Part shown: positions 16,732-24,446 of the stretch, piece by piece | How positions within the stretch are numbered: position 1 is the stretch's first letter | How the letters are laid out: each line of letters begins with the position of its first letter | From: Acidimicrobiia bacterium | GTDB taxonomy: Bacteria > Actinomycetota > Acidimicrobiia > Acidimicrobiales > Hopanoidiivorantaceae | Length of the DNA: 34,660 bases | Assembly (NCBI GenBank): GCA_020027305.1 | Contig: JAHRAM010000026.1 | Span: 1 to 34,660, forward strand | Direction of reading: 5' to 3' | The notes under the pieces: model-generated | Database searches by the model: none | Told to the model about the DNA's origin: nothing | What the model saw: the letters and a program-made list of their open reading frames with translations, nothing else | Position numbers and translations under genes: made by a program

Positions 16732-16843
16732 TTTATTTTATAGAAAATCAAAAAATCAAATAGGTTTATTGAGGATGCATTTTCACATTTTGACAGAAAT
16801 GAGCCTTGAATACCCATCACCTAGACACTAAAATTATTCCAAC

Positions 16844-18220
16844 GTGCGCATAATAGTAGTGGGAGTCGGCGAAGTCGGATCTCATATAGCCGAGTCTCTG
16901 AGCGCTGATGGCGTAGACATTGTCGTTATTGAAAAAGATCAAAACCGACTAGATGAGCTATCAAAGCGACTAGACATTCTGGCAGTACGTGGAAATGCTC
17001 TAAACCACAATGTTTTGGCAAATGCTGGAGTTGCTTCAGCATTCATGTTGGTTGCAGTCACAGATAGAGATGAAGTAAATATGATGGCGTGTCTTCTGGC
17101 AGCTCAAGCGGGGGTGAAGCACCGAATCGTGCGGATTGAAAATGACTACCTACAAGACAAAAAGTCAAAGGAGCTGCGCAAGGCAATGAAGATTGGAAAG
17201 GTTATTGACCCTGACCGAACTACCGTAGATGAAATTATGCAGTTGCTCACATATCCAGGTGTAGCAGAAATTGATGAGATGGCAAATGGTGCATTGTTAA
17301 TGACAGGAGCCCAGCTAACAGAAGATAGCCCTCTTGCAAATCGAAAGTTAGCAGATATTGCCAAAGACAATGAGCCAGAGTGGGGTTTTATGGTAGGAGC
17401 AATATCTAGAGGTGAAGAAACGCTCATTCCAAGAGATACCGAGCTAATACTTTTGCCAGGCGATACGGTTAGGGTAATCGTAAAAAAGGAAGCTCTTAAA
17501 GAAATGCTCCACCAACTAGGTGCTCCTGACATCCGCCTCAAAAATATTATGGTATTGGGCGGTGGAAGAATTGGAGAAATGACTGCTGCTCGACTAGAAA
17601 GCGAAGGGCGACATGTGAAATTGATTGACCTAGACCCTGAACGCGCAACCGAGCTTTCAGAAGCTCACAACAACATTGATATCATTCAAGGTGATATCGC
17701 AAATTCTGACTTGTTAGATTCAGAGGGAATAAAACGTATGGATGCCGTGGTTGCAGTTTCTGGCAGAGACGAAAGCAATATCTTGGCATGTCTCTATGCT
17801 CAGTCAAAAGGTGTGGGAGAAATTATTTCTATCCTTCATAAGGCTGAACTAAAAAATATGTTTGCAAGATTCGGGTTAGAAAAAACCTTATCGCCGATTA
17901 CTGCCAGCATTGAATCAGTTCTTGAAATCGTTCGCTCTGAAAAAATTAAAACTACCGTTCAAAAAGTAACGAGCTTTCTAGCAATGGATATTGAGGTGCT
18001 TGAAATAACTGTTATGGCGGGAAGCCGTGCAGACGGCAAGAAGGTTTGTGAGCTTGGGCCGTCTAAAAAGATTTTGATTGGAGCAGTTGTTAACAATGAG
18101 GGAGTAAAAATAGTAAGGGGCAACACCAGCCTCCGTGCTGGTGACAAGTTGGTGGTTTTTGCTCGCCCCAATGCCCTAGGCAAGGTGTCAGAGCTATTTG
18201 AGACAAAACATAAAGACTAA
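16844..18220 (+). CDS. trkA: Trk system K+ uptake protein TrkA (tandem RCK/KTN domains)
   Basis: 458-aa ORF with a GTG start. Two NAD-binding repeats are present (IIVVGVGEVGSHIA and IMVLGGGRIGEMTA), each followed by a TrkA-C-like segment. Confidence 0.9.
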   Translation: MRIIVVGVGEVGSHIAESLSADGVDIVVIEKDQNRLDELSKRLDILAVRGNALNHNVLANAGVASAFMLVAVTDRDEVNMMACLLAAQAGVKHRIVRIENDYLQDKKSKELRKAMKIGKVIDPDRTTVDEIMQLLTYPGVAEIDEMANGALLMTGAQLTEDSPLANRKLADIAKDNEPEWGFMVGAISRGEETLIPRDTELILLPGDTVRVIVKKEALKEMLHQLGAPDIRLKNIMVLGGGRIGEMTAARLESEGRHVKLIDLDPERATELSEAHNNIDIIQGDIANSDLLDSEGIKRMDAVVAVSGRDESNILACLYAQSKGVGEIISILHKAELKNMFARFGLEKTLSPITASIESVLEIVRSEKIKTTVQKVTSFLAMDIEVLEITVMAGSRADGKKVCELGPSKKILIGAVVNNEGVKIVRGNTSLRAGDKLVVFARPNALGKVSELFETKHKD

Positions 18221-19760
18221 TATCTTAGGGCTGTTTGTGTCCTTAATCGGGGCAGGCTTAGTGCTTGCCTTGTCTGGCTTGATAGGCATGGCAACCAATG
18301 AAGCTGAAACTTTTGAGCAGCTCCATCTCACCTATGGCGTGATGTGTGTTTTGTCTGGCTTAATCGGGGCAGCATTTTTTGCCCGTAAAACTGTGGTAGA
18401 ACCAAAATCAATTTTGTCAGCTGCGCTTATTGCTATAGGAACGTTCTTGGGGGTTATATATTTCGCATTTTGGATAACTGGAAAATTTGGAAGCCTAGAC
18501 GATGTTTTGTTAGAAGCAGTTTCTGCCATCACTACCACCAACCTGAGCTTGGTGAACAACCCACAAGAATTAGGGCAAGGGCTGTTATTTTTGCGAGCAG
18601 CTACTCAGTGGGTGGGCGGTCTTGGGGCAATATGTTTTTTCTCAATACTCTTACCCGTTTTTACTAGAGGAAGAGAAAATGCCAACAATCCCCTCAAAGC
18701 TGTGCTTAGTATTTATTTTGCAGTTACTGCTATTTTGATTGTCGCATTTGTTCTTGCAAAGATGAGTTGGTTTGATGCCATTACTCATAGCTTTACTACC
18801 ATTTCAACTGGCGGATTTTCAAATTACACAAACGGGCTTTCACATTTCAATTCAGCATCTGTGGAATGGATAGCGGTGGCGGGAATGTTTGTTGGTGGAA
18901 TACGACCAGTGCTTTTGTGGTGGGGGCTTCGCCGTTCGCCTGTTGTTTTGTGGCGCTCACTAGAAATGCGCATTTATGTATTGGTGGTTCTTTCTGTCAG
19001 CCTCATACTTTTTTTAAGCGATGGAGATGGCTTGCGTCGTAGTTTCTTTAGCGTGACTTCTGCAATTTCTGGCACTGGATTTTTCTTAGAGAACTGGGCG
19101 GGCTTTGGATTTGGGCTACAAATTTTAGTGTTAGTGTTGATTGCCACAGGAACAATGTCTGGAACTGCAGCAGGCGGATTTGGGTTGACCCGCGCCACAG
19201 AATCTGTTCAGTATATATATCGTGAGCTTTATACACAGCTTCACCCAAAGGCAGTGTTTAAGGTGAAAATGGGTAGCGATGTGTTAAACGAATCTGGGCT
19301 TTCTCAAACCCAGTCATTTCAGTTTTTCTATTTAGGGGCACTTATTGTCGGAACTTTTGCACTTGCACAATCGGGGGCAGACCTTGTTTCAGCTATTGGC
19401 GGAACCATAACAGCATTTGCATCAATGGGTCCAAGCATAGGTGAATTCTTTTCTGATTCAGCTAGCTTGGCAGAACTCCCACGCCCAGCAAGAGCAGTGC
19501 TTTCTGTGATGATGCTAGTTGGCAGGGTTTCAATATTTCCAATAATGATTTTGCTATTTGCTTTTGTTGAGCGACTAAGTTTTTTTCGTTTTTCAAAGGT
19601 TCGCTCACGAATGCAATTCCTCAACAAATTGGGTGCTAAGAAATTGTTTAACAAAAAATCACAAGACGATAATTCTGTGCCGACGACAATTTCTCAGTTT
19701 GAAAATGAGACCACGACCAAGACCACCAAAAATAACATCTCAAAAGAAATTAAAGGTTAA
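18198..19760 (+). CDS. trkH: TrkH/KtrB family cation transporter, paralog 1
   Basis: 520-aa polytopic ORF with selectivity-filter-like TTN / STGGFS / SGTG / SMGPSIG segments. The TTG start overlaps trkA by 23 nt, and an in-frame ATG at 18288 is an alternative. It has a hydrophilic C-terminal tail. Confidence 0.8.
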   Translation: MRQNIKTNILGLFVSLIGAGLVLALSGLIGMATNEAETFEQLHLTYGVMCVLSGLIGAAFFARKTVVEPKSILSAALIAIGTFLGVIYFAFWITGKFGSLDDVLLEAVSAITTTNLSLVNNPQELGQGLLFLRAATQWVGGLGAICFFSILLPVFTRGRENANNPLKAVLSIYFAVTAILIVAFVLAKMSWFDAITHSFTTISTGGFSNYTNGLSHFNSASVEWIAVAGMFVGGIRPVLLWWGLRRSPVVLWRSLEMRIYVLVVLSVSLILFLSDGDGLRRSFFSVTSAISGTGFFLENWAGFGFGLQILVLVLIATGTMSGTAAGGFGLTRATESVQYIYRELYTQLHPKAVFKVKMGSDVLNESGLSQTQSFQFFYLGALIVGTFALAQSGADLVSAIGGTITAFASMGPSIGEFFSDSASLAELPRPARAVLSVMMLVGRVSIFPIMILLFAFVERLSFFRFSKVRSRMQFLNKLGAKKLFNKKSQDDNSVPTTISQFENETTTKTTKNNISKEIKG

Positions 19761-19771
19761 AGTAAAAACTC

Positions 19772-21340
19772 ATGCCAAGCACTAAACAACTACACATACG
19801 ACTAGTTGGCCCAGCCATAAGAAAAAACAGCACCACCGTTCATATGGTTGGCGCGGGGCTCTTGCTTATTTCCCCCGGCATTCTTATCGCAGGTTTAGTT
19901 GAATTACTTTCTTCTAATTCCCCAGATGCCCTTGGGCTTTTTGTCACCGCACTAATTACAGCAGGTATCGGCTATCTGTTTTGGCAAACCACTGCTATCA
20001 AAGGCACGCCCGACTCTCTATCTATTTTTTCAGCGGTGGCATGGACATGGATAATGTGTTCTCTGCTGGGATCACTTCCATATATTTTGTCTAGCCAAAT
20101 GGGCGGATGGGGAAGTTGGGATAGCGCATTGTTTGAATCCATTTCAGGGTTCAGCTGCACAGGCTCTTCAGTTCTGCCAGATATTGAATCACTTGGAAAA
20201 GGAATGCTGCTCTGGCGACAAATGACCCAGTGGTATGGTGGAATGGGAATGGTGGTTCTGGCTGTTAGTGTATTGCCTTATGTTGGAGTCGGTGGGTTGG
20301 CACTTGTAACAGCAGAAGCTCCTGGCCCATCTACCGAACGGTTAGTGCCTCGAGTTAGAGAAACTGCCAAGCGGTTATGGACGCTCTATGTGGGGATTAC
20401 GGTTTTAATCACAGTTGTTTTATTTGCAGTTCCAGGGCCAGGGCTTTATGACTCAATCGCTCATGCTCTTTCAACGGCATCAACTGGTGGCTTTTCTGTT
20501 TTCAACCAATCTATAGGGCACTATAACTCTATTGCCGTTGAGCTAATCATTGCTTTTTTCTTGGTGGTGTGTGCCTTAAGTTTTAACCTCCACTATCAAG
20601 TGCTCTTTTCAAAAGTCTCAAAGGGGTTTTTAAGCCGTATTGGCAGGTTGAAAAAATATTTTGAAAGCAAAGACCAAGCGTTCTTCATCAAAATTTTTGT
20701 TGGGACAACCATAGTCGTTTCTCTATTGGCGTGGAATTCTGCTCTCTTTACATCTTTCTGGAATGCCCTTAGGCATTCTGTTTTCAATGTAGCAACGTTA
20801 ATTTCTAGTGGGGGCTTTTCAAATGCCAGAGGGGTCGGCAGTGCTGGCGATTTTTCTCTTTGGGCACCAAGCCTTCAAATTATTTTATTGGTGCTAATGG
20901 TTATGGGGGGTTGTGTTGGGTCAACTGCTGGCGGGTTAAAGAGCTACCGAGTTTATATCGCTGCTGGACATATTAAAAACAATCTCAAAAAGACACTTCA
21001 CCCAAACCTAGTTCGACAAGTTCGCTTGGGCAAAGTCACTGTGCCAGAAGAAATCGTTCGCCGAGTTCTAGGGTTTATCACTTTGTTCGTGGTGATATTG
21101 TTGGTGGGAACACTGGTGCTTGCTAGTTTAGGAAATAATTTGCCAACTGCTTTTAGTGGGGCAGTAAGCGCCATGAGCAATATGGGCCCTGCTTTAGGAG
21201 ATGCTGGCCCAGCTGAAAATTTCCTTGCGTTTTCGCGGCCAGCAAGGGGAGTGCTAATGGCATTGATGTTAATAGGCAGGCTTGAAATTATGGCTGTGCT
21301 GTTTATGTTTCTAGACCCACTGCGCGCACTAAGGCGATAA
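19772..21340 (+). CDS. trkH: TrkH/KtrB family cation transporter, paralog 2
   Basis: 522-aa polytopic ORF with SGFSCTGSS, MTQWYGGMGMVVL, STASTGGFS, SSGGFS and SNMGPALGD motifs typical of TrkH. Confidence 0.85.
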   Translation: MPSTKQLHIRLVGPAIRKNSTTVHMVGAGLLLISPGILIAGLVELLSSNSPDALGLFVTALITAGIGYLFWQTTAIKGTPDSLSIFSAVAWTWIMCSLLGSLPYILSSQMGGWGSWDSALFESISGFSCTGSSVLPDIESLGKGMLLWRQMTQWYGGMGMVVLAVSVLPYVGVGGLALVTAEAPGPSTERLVPRVRETAKRLWTLYVGITVLITVVLFAVPGPGLYDSIAHALSTASTGGFSVFNQSIGHYNSIAVELIIAFFLVVCALSFNLHYQVLFSKVSKGFLSRIGRLKKYFESKDQAFFIKIFVGTTIVVSLLAWNSALFTSFWNALRHSVFNVATLISSGGFSNARGVGSAGDFSLWAPSLQIILLVLMVMGGCVGSTAGGLKSYRVYIAAGHIKNNLKKTLHPNLVRQVRLGKVTVPEEIVRRVLGFITLFVVILLVGTLVLASLGNNLPTAFSGAVSAMSNMGPALGDAGPAENFLAFSRPARGVLMALMLIGRLEIMAVLFMFLDPLRALRR

Positions 21341-22783
21341 TAAAAAATTAAAAATTTATCTGCGGGTGGGGTTAATAGGGAACTCTTTGGGATTATCGAA
21401 ATCACCCCAGCACCAAACACCACTACGGTCGTTATTTCTGCCCTCTACACAGCCACCACTCAGGTTCAAACCGTAGTTAAAGTTAAAACCGAGAAAAATT
21501 ACCTCATCAATGGGCAACCTTTTTGGGTTGTCAAAGTCTTCCCAGCACAAAAGCCCAGAATCAACGTCGCCATCAAGCTTGCCAAGTATGCAGCCAGAAT
21601 TAAGATTTATGTTTGACGAGATTCTAAATAATCCTCGCTCCACATCAATGGGTGATTTTCTAGGGTTCTCAAAATCATCCCAACACCATAAATCTTTTTC
21701 AGCGCTATCAGGTAAACCGCCGATTAGGCAACCCGCATCTGGAGCAAAATCAAAACTATGGTCAAATGAATCAGCGCTAGTAACAAGTGGCATCTTTTTA
21801 GGGTTATTAAAGTCTCCCCAGCACCAAATTTCCTCATCAGGAGTTTCTATGCAGCCCGCTTTCAAATTAGCCTCTAGGGTAAGTTGAGAATGGAGTCCAA
21901 GCTCAATGGGTGATTTTTTAAGATTGTCAAAATCATCCCAGCACCATAGTTCAAATTCCTCATTTTCAATATTTTTGCCGCCCACACAACCTGAATCTAA
22001 ACTAGAAGCGCTAGACCAGCGAGGGGAACGTAAGTCAATGGGAAATCTTTTTGGAGTGCCAGAATTTCCCCAGCACCAAAGCTCAGAGTCGGTACCATCG
22101 GTACCACCGTAGCAAGTTGAATTAAAGCTGGGGCTTGCTTCAACATTGCTTATATTGTCTGCAGGAAATAATTTTTTGGGATTGTTAAAATCATCCCAGC
22201 ACCAAACCTCAAACTCTCTGTGAGAAATATCGACACAGCCAGAGTCAAGATTTGCCCCTGGGCGCAAAAATACTTGTGGGCCCGTTCCCGCCGATATCCT
22301 TTCCCTCATAAAGTCAATGGGCAGTTTCTTCGGGTTATCAAAATCTGCCCAGCACCATACTTCGTAATCGTTGACAAGCCCATAGTCTCCAACAATTAGA
22401 GTTGCACAGCCAGACTCTAGATTGGATCCTAAGCTAACCGCCTCAAAGGAGCCTATATTGTCAAATGCAAGTTTTTCTGGCTTATTAAAGTCTCCCCAGC
22501 ACCAAACCTCGTAAATATCAAGCTCGCTATTAGGAATTGAAAGACAACCTGAATTTTGATCGATACGTTTTACTCCTGGAAATCCAGGAATCGTAGATTC
22601 TTCAACATCACTAGAAGTGCTTGCAGAATGATTACAAGCAGACGCCAAAAGAGCTACAGAAACCCCAAGCACGACAAAAACAACAAGTCGCATAATGATT
22701 TAGCTTAGTAAAAAATTACATCTATCTACGGGCAGTCGTATTCGTGTCGTGTTTTCTACGCCTCAATTTTTAAGCAGATTTTA
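21156..22783. repeat. Segmental tandem duplication, unit A (trkH 3' end + repeat-protein gene + its upstream region)
   Basis: Co-linear with 22784-24303. Examples are 21158-21175 vs 22786-22803, 21247-21340 vs 22804-22897, and the 5' regions 22694-22783 vs 24214-24303. Confidence 0.85.
21356..22693 (-). CDS. secreted or lipoprotein-like protein with nine Cys/Trp-rich repeats (SGC...WCWxDFxNPKK), unknown family
   Basis: 445-aa ORF. The N-terminal signal sequence is MRLVVFVVLGVSVALLASAC. Nine 40-55-aa repeats follow, each with one G-C and one (W/L)CW motif. It is a paralog of 22906-24213. Confidence 0.8.
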   Translation of the reverse strand: MRLVVFVVLGVSVALLASACNHSASTSSDVEESTIPGFPGVKRIDQNSGCLSIPNSELDIYEVWCWGDFNKPEKLAFDNIGSFEAVSLGSNLESGCATLIVGDYGLVNDYEVWCWADFDNPKKLPIDFMRERISAGTGPQVFLRPGANLDSGCVDISHREFEVWCWDDFNNPKKLFPADNISNVEASPSFNSTCYGGTDGTDSELWCWGNSGTPKRFPIDLRSPRWSSASSLDSGCVGGKNIENEEFELWCWDDFDNLKKSPIELGLHSQLTLEANLKAGCIETPDEEIWCWGDFNNPKKMPLVTSADSFDHSFDFAPDAGCLIGGLPDSAEKDLWCWDDFENPRKSPIDVERGLFRISSNINLNSGCILGKLDGDVDSGLLCWEDFDNPKRLPIDEVIFLGFNFNYGLNLSGGCVEGRNNDRSGVWCWGDFDNPKEFPINPTRR

Positions 22784-22897
22784 ATGGGGCAGTGAGCGCC
22801 ATGGGGAGTGCTAATGGCATTGATGTTAATAGGCAGGCTTGAAATTGTGGCTGTGCTGTTTATGTTTCTAGCCCCACTGCGAACACTAAGAAGATAA
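22784..22897 (+). pseudogene. relic copy of the trkH (paralog 2) 3' end
   Basis: It matches 21156-21340 but lacks about 71 nt (original 21176-21246). It retains the frame ...GVLMALMLIGRLEIVAVLFMFLAPLRTLRR* with a few substitutions. No upstream trkH body is present. Confidence 0.8.
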
Positions 22898-22905
22898 TGA
22901 AAAAT

Positions 22906-24213
22906 TTATCTGCGGAGAGGAGGAATGGGGGGCTCTTTGGGATTATTAAAATCTCCCCAACACCAAACACTATCAATGTCGTTATTTATGCCCTCTATAC
23001 AGCCACCACTCAGGCGCAAACCAGGACTATCATTGGCAGAATGTAGTTCGTCAATGGGTAACCGTTTTGGGTTGTCAAAATCTTCCCAGCATAAAAGCCC
23101 AGGGTAATCGTCACCTTTAAGTTTGCCAATTACGCAACCAGAATCAAGGTTTATGTTCGCGGTCAAATAAAATAGTCCTCGCTCTACATCAATGGGCGAT
23201 TTCTTAGGGTTTTCAAAGTCATTCCAGCACCACAAATCTTTTTCATTGCTATCAGGTAAACCGCCGATTAGGCAACCTGCATCTGGAGCAAAATCAAAAC
23301 TGTAGTCAAATGAATCAGCGCTAGTAACAAGCGGCATCTTTTTAGGGTTATTAAAGTCTCTCCAACACCAAATTTCATCATTAGAACTTGCTATGCAACC
23401 CGATTTCAAATTGGCCTCTAGGGGAAGTAGAGAATAGAGTCCAAGCTCAATGGGTGATTTTTTAGGATTGTCAAAATCATCCCAGCACCATAGTTCAATT
23501 TCATCGTTTTTAGGATCTCGGCCTTGCATGCAACCCGAATTTAGGTTGGAGAATAAAGAGTGATGAAGGTGATTTAAATTGTCAATGGGCGATTTTTTTG
23601 GAGTGCCAGAATTTCCCCAGCACCAAAGCTCAGAGTCGGTACCATCGGTACCACCGTAACAAGTTGAATTAAAGCTGGGGCTTGCTTCAACATTACCTAT
23701 AGTGTCTGTTGGAAATAATTTTCTGGGGTCGTTAAAATCATCCCAGCACCAAACCTCAAACTCTCTGTGAGAAATATCGACACAGCCAGAGTCAAGATTT
23801 GCCCCTGGACGCAAAAATACTTGTGTGCCCGTTCCCGCCGATATCCTTTTCCCACTAAAATCAATGGGCGATTTTGTGGGGTTCTCGAAATCCTCCCAAC
23901 ACCATAGTTCAAAATCAATGTCAGGTCCATGTTCTTCAACAATGAAAACACTTGCACAACCCAACTTTAAATTTGCTCCTATTGCAATTTCGGATATGTT
24001 TCCAATAGGTGACTTTTTTGGTTCGCGAAAGTTGTCCCAACACCAAGCTTCATTAATCTGAGACTCAAAATTAAAAACTTGGAGGCAACCTGAATTTTGG
24101 CTGTTTCCCCTTAGTTCTGGAAAGCCAAGAATTGCAGATTCCTCAGAATGATTACAAGCAGACGCCAAAAGAGCTACAGAAACCCCAAGCACGACAAAAA
24201 CAACAAGTCGCAT
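22906..24213 (-). CDS. secreted or lipoprotein-like protein with nine Cys/Trp-rich repeats (SGC...WCWxDFxNPKK), paralog 2
   Basis: 435-aa ORF with a signal sequence identical to paralog 1 through residue 23 and the same nine-repeat architecture. Confidence 0.8.
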   Translation of the reverse strand: MRLVVFVVLGVSVALLASACNHSEESAILGFPELRGNSQNSGCLQVFNFESQINEAWCWDNFREPKKSPIGNISEIAIGANLKLGCASVFIVEEHGPDIDFELWCWEDFENPTKSPIDFSGKRISAGTGTQVFLRPGANLDSGCVDISHREFEVWCWDDFNDPRKLFPTDTIGNVEASPSFNSTCYGGTDGTDSELWCWGNSGTPKKSPIDNLNHLHHSLFSNLNSGCMQGRDPKNDEIELWCWDDFDNPKKSPIELGLYSLLPLEANLKSGCIASSNDEIWCWRDFNNPKKMPLVTSADSFDYSFDFAPDAGCLIGGLPDSNEKDLWCWNDFENPKKSPIDVERGLFYLTANINLDSGCVIGKLKGDDYPGLLCWEDFDNPKRLPIDELHSANDSPGLRLSGGCIEGINNDIDSVWCWGDFNNPKEPPIPPLRR

Positions 24214-24446
24214 AATGATTTAGCTTAGCAAAAAATTACATCTATCTACGGGCAGTCGGGTTTGTGGCATATTTTCTAAGGCTCAATTTTTAAGCAGATT
24301 TTAGCTGAAGGAAATTTTGCTAGAATTAAGAACTTACTCGCACAAATTGGGTTTTATTTTCAATTTCACAAAAAAAGGAGAGTGAGAATAAAGCTGATAC
24401 AAAAAACGAGTGAAATTTAAAAAAATGAATGAAATTTAAGTAGCCA

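Larger units (their letters stand above)
22784..24303. repeat. Segmental tandem duplication, unit B
   Basis: Second copy of the unit. The right end ...taagcagatttta (24291-24303) mirrors 22771-22783. Confidence 0.85.

Noticed and set aside
20998-21423. 141-aa minus-strand ORF bridging the trkH 3' end and the repeat-protein 3' end
   Set aside because: It overlaps two confidently called convergent genes out of frame and has no independent support.
21510-24061. Plus-strand ORFs 21510-21887, 21906-22112, 22925-23107 and 23825-24061 with recurring SKSSQH(H/K) peptides
   Set aside because: They are the antisense reading of the WCW/DF/NPKK repeat codons (ccagcacca...). They are short, interrupted and lack starts with any context. 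The minus-strand ORFs are long, uninterrupted and have signal peptides.
24376-24420. SD-like aaggag followed by GTG and a 12-codon uORF (MRIKLIQKTSEI*) upstream of gltB
   Set aside because: The SD-to-start spacing is only about 1 nt and there is no support for leader-peptide attenuation of gltB. It is treated as chance.
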